64,000 bases of DNA, taken from a candidate division FCPU426 bacterium (GTDB lineage: Bacteria; Oederibacteriota; Muellerivitia; Muellerivitales; Muellerivitaceae). Positions 58,974 to 64,000 of this stretch are shown one piece after another. A model generated the notes under the pieces. It was not told the origin of the DNA, did no database searches, and saw only the letters and a program-made list of their open reading frames with translations. The DNA lies in the NCBI GenBank assembly GCA_963719085.1, contig CAVRAL010000001.1, positions 1,344,001 to 1,408,000 on the forward strand, given 5' to 3'. Each line of letters begins with the position of its first letter. Within the stretch, counting starts at the first letter, position 1. A program made the translations under genes and the position numbers.

Positions 58974-59743
58974 TCTATGCCGCCGCCCAAGGGCAAGAGC
59001 GCCCGGTAATATTCCACGGACCGCAGGGGTTTTTCGATGGTCCGCTCCAAATAAGACAAAAGCGAAAAAAGCGTTTGACGGCTCTGGTCAGGGGTCATTT
59101 TAAGAACCGTGAGCCGCGCCAAGGGAAAACTTCTTATTTTTCGAAGCCAGGCCAGCCCCGCCGGCGACACTTTCAACAAGGACGATCCCGAGCGGCAACA
59201 ATCCGAGCAAAGCGCTCCGCCCCGATGGGCGATTAAAAAGGTCCCCTCGGGCCCCAAGGTTTTTTGACATTCGGCGCAAATATCCAATTCCAGGGGATGT
59301 CCCAACAGTTCTAAAAAACGCAGGATAAAGGAAGACAAAACGGTTTCCCGTCCGCCCTTCTGGATTTCCATGGTTTTTAAAACCTCGCGGATCAAGCCAT
59401 ACAAGTCCTCGTCCGGCTGGCTGTCGTGGAGCGTTTGGATCAGCGTATCCGCCATGACTTGCAACAGCGTGATGGTTCCGAAGTCCTCTTTCAAAAGAGG
59501 ATGGCTTTGAAGAATTTTTGCTTGAGTCAAAAGATAAAGCTCGGCGGACGGGCTTTTGGCGAGGGTAAGCGAGGATTCGGTGAAAAGTTCCAGGGCGAAC
59601 CCCAATCGGCTTTTGGGCTTGCGGGCGCCCCTCACCCGGGCCCGTACCTTGCCGAATTGGCGGGTATAAATATCAATCAGTTTGTCGGATTCCAAATAGG
59701 GCCGGGCGCTTAAAACAAAACCCTGGGTCGACCATAAATTCAA
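58970..59743 (-). CDS. recO: DNA repair protein RecO
   Basis: ESDKLI.IYT..FGKV.A..RGARKPKSR, Zn motif CAEC...CSDC. Confidence 0.93.
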   Translation of the reverse strand: MNLWSTQGFVLSARPYLESDKLIDIYTRQFGKVRARVRGARKPKSRLGFALELFTESSLTLAKSPSAELYLLTQAKILQSHPLLKEDFGTITLLQVMADTLIQTLHDSQPDEDLYGLIREVLKTMEIQKGGRETVLSSFILRFLELLGHPLELDICAECQKTLGPEGTFLIAHRGGALCSDCCRSGSSLLKVSPAGLAWLRKIRSFPLARLTVLKMTPDQSRQTLFSLLSYLERTIEKPLRSVEYYRALLPLGGGIE

Positions 59744-59746
59744 TCG

Positions 59747-60670
59747 TCACCGCTTTTCTTGCGAGATCAGGACCACCGCCAAGGCGGGGAAATAGACATC
59801 CGTCACCACATAAAACAAAAGACGGACCACCGCGTTGATTAAAACGAAAATGACCCCCAAAAGCGGGATTAACTCCAATATCCAGAAAAAAAACGAGACG
59901 AGGAGGAATGCCGTCCATAGACCCAAGGTCATGAATCCCATTTTCTTGAGTAGGCCGCCCTTATGGGCCAAACAATAGTCATAGCCCGCGCGAAAAGCGA
60001 GGCCGACTTGGCCGCCTTCCATGAGGGCCGCCTGGGCGCAAACCGCGAAAATTTGATAGGCGATTAAAAAAGGCAGACTCAGGATCAAGGCCGCGATCGA
60101 TAGGATCGCCATGACCACCAAAAGAATCACGGACGAATGAAAAACGGTGGCCAACGCCCACCCCACCATCAGCAGGATTGCCACCATGCCCAAAATGAGC
60201 AAAAGCACCGTCCCCAAAAGCCCCTGCAGCAAAACCATGGGAATCAGATGATAAAAGCCGTCCCGCGCGAAGGCGGACCAGGAAAAAGGCGTTTCGTCTT
60301 GAACGAAAGCCGTTAACCGGCCGTAAAGCCCCCCGTTAAACCAAGCCGAGATTACGGTCCACCAAATCAGGTAAAACAAGAAGACGCCCGCGACCGCCGT
60401 TAAAAAGCCGAAGTCCTTAAACCGGCTAAAAAAATCCATAATTAATGACTGATAGTCGGAAGAACCCAAGGGACTGCCGCCTTGAATGGCTTGGTAAACC
60501 TGCGACACCAAGGGCCAACAGGTAAGCAAAAGGCACACAAAAAAAGCGCCGTAATTCAGGAGAATATAAAGAAAACGACCCACCCAAAGAGGCCAAAGCT
60601 CCGCGCTCACTTTCCAGGCCCGCGCGTAATCGGCGGAATAAGGATGCGAGACGGGTTTGCGGGAAGGCAT
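59747..60670 (-). CDS. Multi-pass membrane protein of unknown function
   Basis: About six hydrophobic segments; co-oriented and tightly packed. Confidence 0.75.
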   Translation of the reverse strand: MPSRKPVSHPYSADYARAWKVSAELWPLWVGRFLYILLNYGAFFVCLLLTCWPLVSQVYQAIQGGSPLGSSDYQSLIMDFFSRFKDFGFLTAVAGVFLFYLIWWTVISAWFNGGLYGRLTAFVQDETPFSWSAFARDGFYHLIPMVLLQGLLGTVLLLILGMVAILLMVGWALATVFHSSVILLVVMAILSIAALILSLPFLIAYQIFAVCAQAALMEGGQVGLAFRAGYDYCLAHKGGLLKKMGFMTLGLWTAFLLVSFFFWILELIPLLGVIFVLINAVVRLLFYVVTDVYFPALAVVLISQEKR

Positions 60671-60684
60671 GGGTTCTCGATTCT

Positions 60685-61185
60685 CTAGCGGAAATTATTA
60701 AACTGAAGGGCCACTTTAATATCCGAAGCCGATCGAAGCAGCTGCATGGCTTCCTGCAGGTCGTCCTTGGATTTTCCGGAGACCCGCACCTTCTCATCCA
60801 CGATGGAAGCCTGCACCTTCAACTTGGAATCCTTGATGCGTTTGACAATGTCCTTACAGGCGTCCATGGGCATTCCGCTGATGATCTTGACCTTCTGGGT
60901 CAGGGTTCCGCTGAAGGCCGGCTCCGCCTTTTGAAAGTCCAGGGCTTTGGGGGACAGGTTGCGCTTGATGAACTTACCCTTCAGGATGTCCGTGACCGCG
61001 GTCAGGCGCGACTCGTTGTCGGCCTTGATGTCCAGTTCTTTGGCGGCCTTGTTCAACACCACCTCGCTGATGCTTCCCTTAAAATCATAGCGTTGGGAAA
61101 TTTCTTTCATGGCCTGGTTAATCGCGTTATCGACTTCCTGCAGGTCGACTTCCGAGACCACATCAAATGAGTAAGCGTCCGCCAT
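60685..61185 (-). CDS. yajQ: YajQ family nucleotide-binding protein
   Basis: SFDVVSEVDLQEVDNAINQA, RYDFKGS, KVQASI, RVSGKSKDDLQ, LQFNNFR. Confidence 0.96.
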   Translation of the reverse strand: MADAYSFDVVSEVDLQEVDNAINQAMKEISQRYDFKGSISEVVLNKAAKELDIKADNESRLTAVTDILKGKFIKRNLSPKALDFQKAEPAFSGTLTQKVKIISGMPMDACKDIVKRIKDSKLKVQASIVDEKVRVSGKSKDDLQEAMQLLRSASDIKVALQFNNFR

Positions 61186-61239
61186 GGCCCTCTCCCCGAT
61201 TAAAATTTAAAATGGTTAAACGACAAGCCCGCCGAAAGG

Positions 61240-62118
61240 TCAGGACCCGCCCGCGTCCAACGGCAAACTGATTTCCACCACCTGTCCCGTGGCGCCCAAC
61301 ACCCCCAGCGGGTTTCCGTTGAATCGCGCGTCCACCCCGCCGGCGTTGCCAATCTTCACTTTAAAACTCTGAAGCGCCCGGAAGCTTTTCACCTCGCCCG
61401 GCGCCAAATCAAATTCCGAGCTGGCCTGTCCCCCATCCATCGTGACCAAAACCCAAGATTGATCCAACCCCTTCAGAATGAGGTGCTGGTACTTGTCTTT
61501 GACCGGCAAGCCGGGAAGAATGGCGGCAGGCACAGGCTTTGAGGAGGCGAAAACCGGGATCAACCTAGGCCAGGCTCCGGCCAAACGTTTAATGGACGGC
61601 CCCCACCAAATCAGCGCTCCCGCCAGCAACAATAAAAGAACAAACCGCGCGATCCCCGCCCGCGCGCCGCGGCCAAGGCCGGGACGGACCCTGGAAGCGT
61701 CCGGCGCGCCGGAGGTCGGCGCGCGCCGAGCCGGCAAATCCGGATTTTCAACTTCCATATCCGGATCGAAAGCGTCATCAGAAATTCTCTCCCGCCGGAT
61801 CGGCTGGGGCTTCTTTTTGAAAAAAGGCAAGGAAAGGCCGGACGAAATTTCGCTTTCCGGATTCGGGGGGGTGATCTTGGCTAAAACCGGCTCCACCTGG
61901 GACTTAAACTGCGCCATCAAATCGGCGGCGTCAAGCCCCACGACCTTGGCGTAAGCCCGCACAAAGCCTTTGGCATGGGTTTGGGAGGGAAAAACACTGA
62001 ACTGATCCTCATCCAAGGCTTCCAGATATTTAACCGGAATACGGGTTCTTTCGCTCACCGTTTGGAGCGAAATCTTTTTGTTTTCCCGGGCTTGTCGAAG
62101 TTCGGAACCGACGCTCAT
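61240..62118 (-). CDS. rodZ: RodZ-like protein (HTH, TM, DUF4115)
   Basis: VGSELRQARE, TRI...YLEAL, KGFVRAYAKVVGLD; C-terminal IGNAGGV...NG. Confidence 0.85.
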   Translation of the reverse strand: MSVGSELRQARENKKISLQTVSERTRIPVKYLEALDEDQFSVFPSQTHAKGFVRAYAKVVGLDAADLMAQFKSQVEPVLAKITPPNPESEISSGLSLPFFKKKPQPIRRERISDDAFDPDMEVENPDLPARRAPTSGAPDASRVRPGLGRGARAGIARFVLLLLLAGALIWWGPSIKRLAGAWPRLIPVFASSKPVPAAILPGLPVKDKYQHLILKGLDQSWVLVTMDGGQASSEFDLAPGEVKSFRALQSFKVKIGNAGGVDARFNGNPLGVLGATGQVVEISLPLDAGGS

Positions 62119-62801
62119 TAAAAAATGGCTCCTTGCACCACATCGGCGCCTTTGGGCTTGACGAATTGAAACACCTTCGAATCGATGCCTTGATTAAATC
62201 TAAAATTGGAAAATTCGGATTCGGTGATCAACGCGTCCGTCTCCACTTTCATGCGGTAAGGCCACCAGTCTTTTTTTCGGATCGTCACTTTCATTTCATT
62301 GAAGGCCGCGTCCGCCGACTTGGGGATAAATTTTAAAACCACCTCGTCGGCCGAATCCTGCTCGATGGACACCCGGCTGATGTCCATATAACGTTTGAGT
62401 TCCTGCCCCACGCCCAAATAAACCGGTCCGGCCCCTCCGCCAGCGTCTTGCTGATAAACCATATTCTGGCCCGGCTGATACATTTGAATCCGGGAACCAT
62501 CGATATAAAGAAATTGCTCGCCGGGCTTTTTGTAATGGGCATAGACCAGATTGGGGGACTTCATCTCAACGCTTCCCTCCACTTCCTGCGTTTTACCCGA
62601 AAGCGTGTCCTGCATCCGCATCTTGAGATCCATTTGGACGTCCTGAATCTTCGATTGGGCCTCCGCGACTTTTTGGGAGATCATTTCAACCGTGAGCTTG
62701 ACCTTGGGTTCGTCCGCCCAAACCGACGGCGCCCAGGCTGAGGCGGCGGTGAAAAAAATCAAAAAGAAAGAAGCGAAGACAGGATTACTCGGGTTTCTCA
62801 T
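62118..62801 (-). CDS. lolA: Outer membrane lipoprotein carrier LolA family protein
   Basis: Signal peptide; G.VEMKSPN...HY.KP.EQ...IDG, FQFVKPKGADVV; follows ftsK. Confidence 0.8.
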   Translation of the reverse strand: MRNPSNPVFASFFLIFFTAASAWAPSVWADEPKVKLTVEMISQKVAEAQSKIQDVQMDLKMRMQDTLSGKTQEVEGSVEMKSPNLVYAHYKKPGEQFLYIDGSRIQMYQPGQNMVYQQDAGGGAGPVYLGVGQELKRYMDISRVSIEQDSADEVVLKFIPKSADAAFNEMKVTIRKKDWWPYRMKVETDALITESEFSNFRFNQGIDSKVFQFVKPKGADVVQGAIF

Positions 62802-64000
62802 GGGCTTCCATCTCCTCTTCCATCTCCAACGAATGATCCTGGGGCACGGGAACGAGAATTTTACGGGGCTTATTTCCGTCCGCGGCGCCCACAATCCCGC
62901 GCAGTTCCATATCGTCCAAAAGCCGGGCCGCGCGGCTGTAACCCACCTTCAAGCGCCTTTGCAAAAGCGATGTGGAGGCCTGTTTGGCCCGCAAGATGAC
63001 CTGGACCGCGTCGTCATAAAGCTCGTCTTCACTTTGTTCGGAGACCACGTCTTTGGATTTTTGGGTGGTCAAATCGGCCGTATATTGGGGTTTTCCCTGG
63101 GATTTCCAAAAATCAACCAAACGCTCGATTTCTTCCAAAGTAACATAGGCCCCTTGGAGCCGCAAGGGCTTGGGCGCGCCGGAAGGCAGGTACAGCATAT
63201 CGCCTCGGCCCAATAGGGCTTCCGCGCCGTTCATGTCGAGAATCGTCCGGGAATCCACCTTGGAAAAAACCTGAAAAGCGATACGCGAGGGAAAGTTGGC
63301 CTTGATGATCCCCGTGATGACTTCCACGCTGGGCCTTTGGGTGGCCAGCACCAGGTGGATCCCGACCGCCCGGGCCATTTGAGCCAGGCGCGCGATGGAC
63401 TCTTCCACCTGATCCTTCGCCACCATCATCAAATCCGCCAATTCATCCACCAAAACCACGATGTAATAAAGAGGATGTTCTTCGGTGGTGCCGGCTTCCC
63501 GGCCCTTGTTAATCTTCGCGTTGTAAGTGTCGATGTCCCGCACGCCGGCGTGGGCCAGCATTTCATACCGCTCTTCCATTTCCCGAACCAGCCACTTCAA
63601 GGCCAGATGCGCCTCCTTCGGGTCGGTCACCACGGGCAAAGCCAAATGGGGCAGATCCCGGTAAATGGCCATCTCCACCCGTTTGGGATCAATCAGCACC
63701 AACCGGACCTCCTCCGGAGTGGCTTTGAAAAGAAGGCTGGCGATCAGCGTATTGACGCAAACACTTTTTCCCGAACCCGTCGAGCCCGCGATCAGCACAT
63801 GGGGCATGTCCTTTAAATTCGCCAAATTGGTGGCGCCCACGATGTCCTTGCCCAGCGCCACCAAAAGTTTTTTGGAGGACGACAGAAAATCATCCTGGGC
63901 GATCAACTCTTTCAGGGTCACCACGCGGCCCTTCAAATTGGGGATCTCGATCCCCACCGCCGCCTTTCCCGGGATCGGCGCCACCACCCGAACTTGGCCG
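62785..64000 (-). CDS. ftsK: DNA translocase FtsK, C-terminal part (5' end outside the window)
   Basis: MPHVLIAGSTGSGKSV, VDELADLMM, LATQRPSV, DSRTILD..GAE.LLGRGDML, gamma domain SLLQRRLKVGYSRAARL. Confidence 0.97.
   Translation of the reverse strand, partial: GQVRVVAPIPGKAAVGIEIPNLKGRVVTLKELIAQDDFLSSSKKLLVALGKDIVGATNLANLKDMPHVLIAGSTGSGKSVCVNTLIASLLFKATPEEVRLVLIDPKRVEMAIYRDLPHLALPVVTDPKEAHLALKWLVREMEERYEMLAHAGVRDIDTYNAKINKGREAGTTEEHPLYYIVVLVDELADLMMVAKDQVEESIARLAQMARAVGIHLVLATQRPSVEVITGIIKANFPSRIAFQVFSKVDSRTILDMNGAEALLGRGDMLYLPSGAPKPLRLQGAYVTLEEIERLVDFWKSQGKPQYTADLTTQKSKDVVSEQSEDELYDDAVQVILRAKQASTSLLQRRLKVGYSRAARLLDDMELRGIVGAADGNKPRKILVPVPQDHSLEMEEEMEAHEKPE

Overview
A 64-kb chromosomal window from a GC-rich diderm bacterium (lolA, TPR/SPOR and PBP1A present). 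Almost every gene lies on the minus strand; only a class A PBP is on the plus strand. Most of the window is housekeeping: mutS, miaB, scpAB, trpS, a tRNA nucleotidyltransferase, the rpsP-khpA-rimM-trmD-rplS block, rnhB-yraN, tRNA-Thr(CGT), yebC-ruvC-ruvA, tyrS, ppdK (two single-base frameshifts, probably assembly errors), glyQS, an Rrf2-sufBCDSUT operon, gntK, recO, yajQ, rodZ, lolA and a partial ftsK. Accessory content: (i) two adjacent secreted proteins with Thr/Pro stalks that share three copies of an unrecognised ~157-aa module with ten invariant cysteines and an Asp-Asp motif, showing recent exchange between genes and block-wise loop variation (the first gene is missing from the ORF track because it runs off the window); (ii) an ECF sigma/anti-sigma-headed lipid-modification operon with a DUF1365-cfa fusion, resembling the furan fatty acid genes, next to tRNA-Thr; (iii) a gene between ruvC and ruvA with two zf-TFIIB-like repeats in which every Cys is replaced by Ser/Asp; (iv) several families of short palindromic intergenic elements. 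No CRISPR array, integrase, transposase, reverse transcriptase or rRNA was seen. All family assignments are by eye from motifs; no searches were run.
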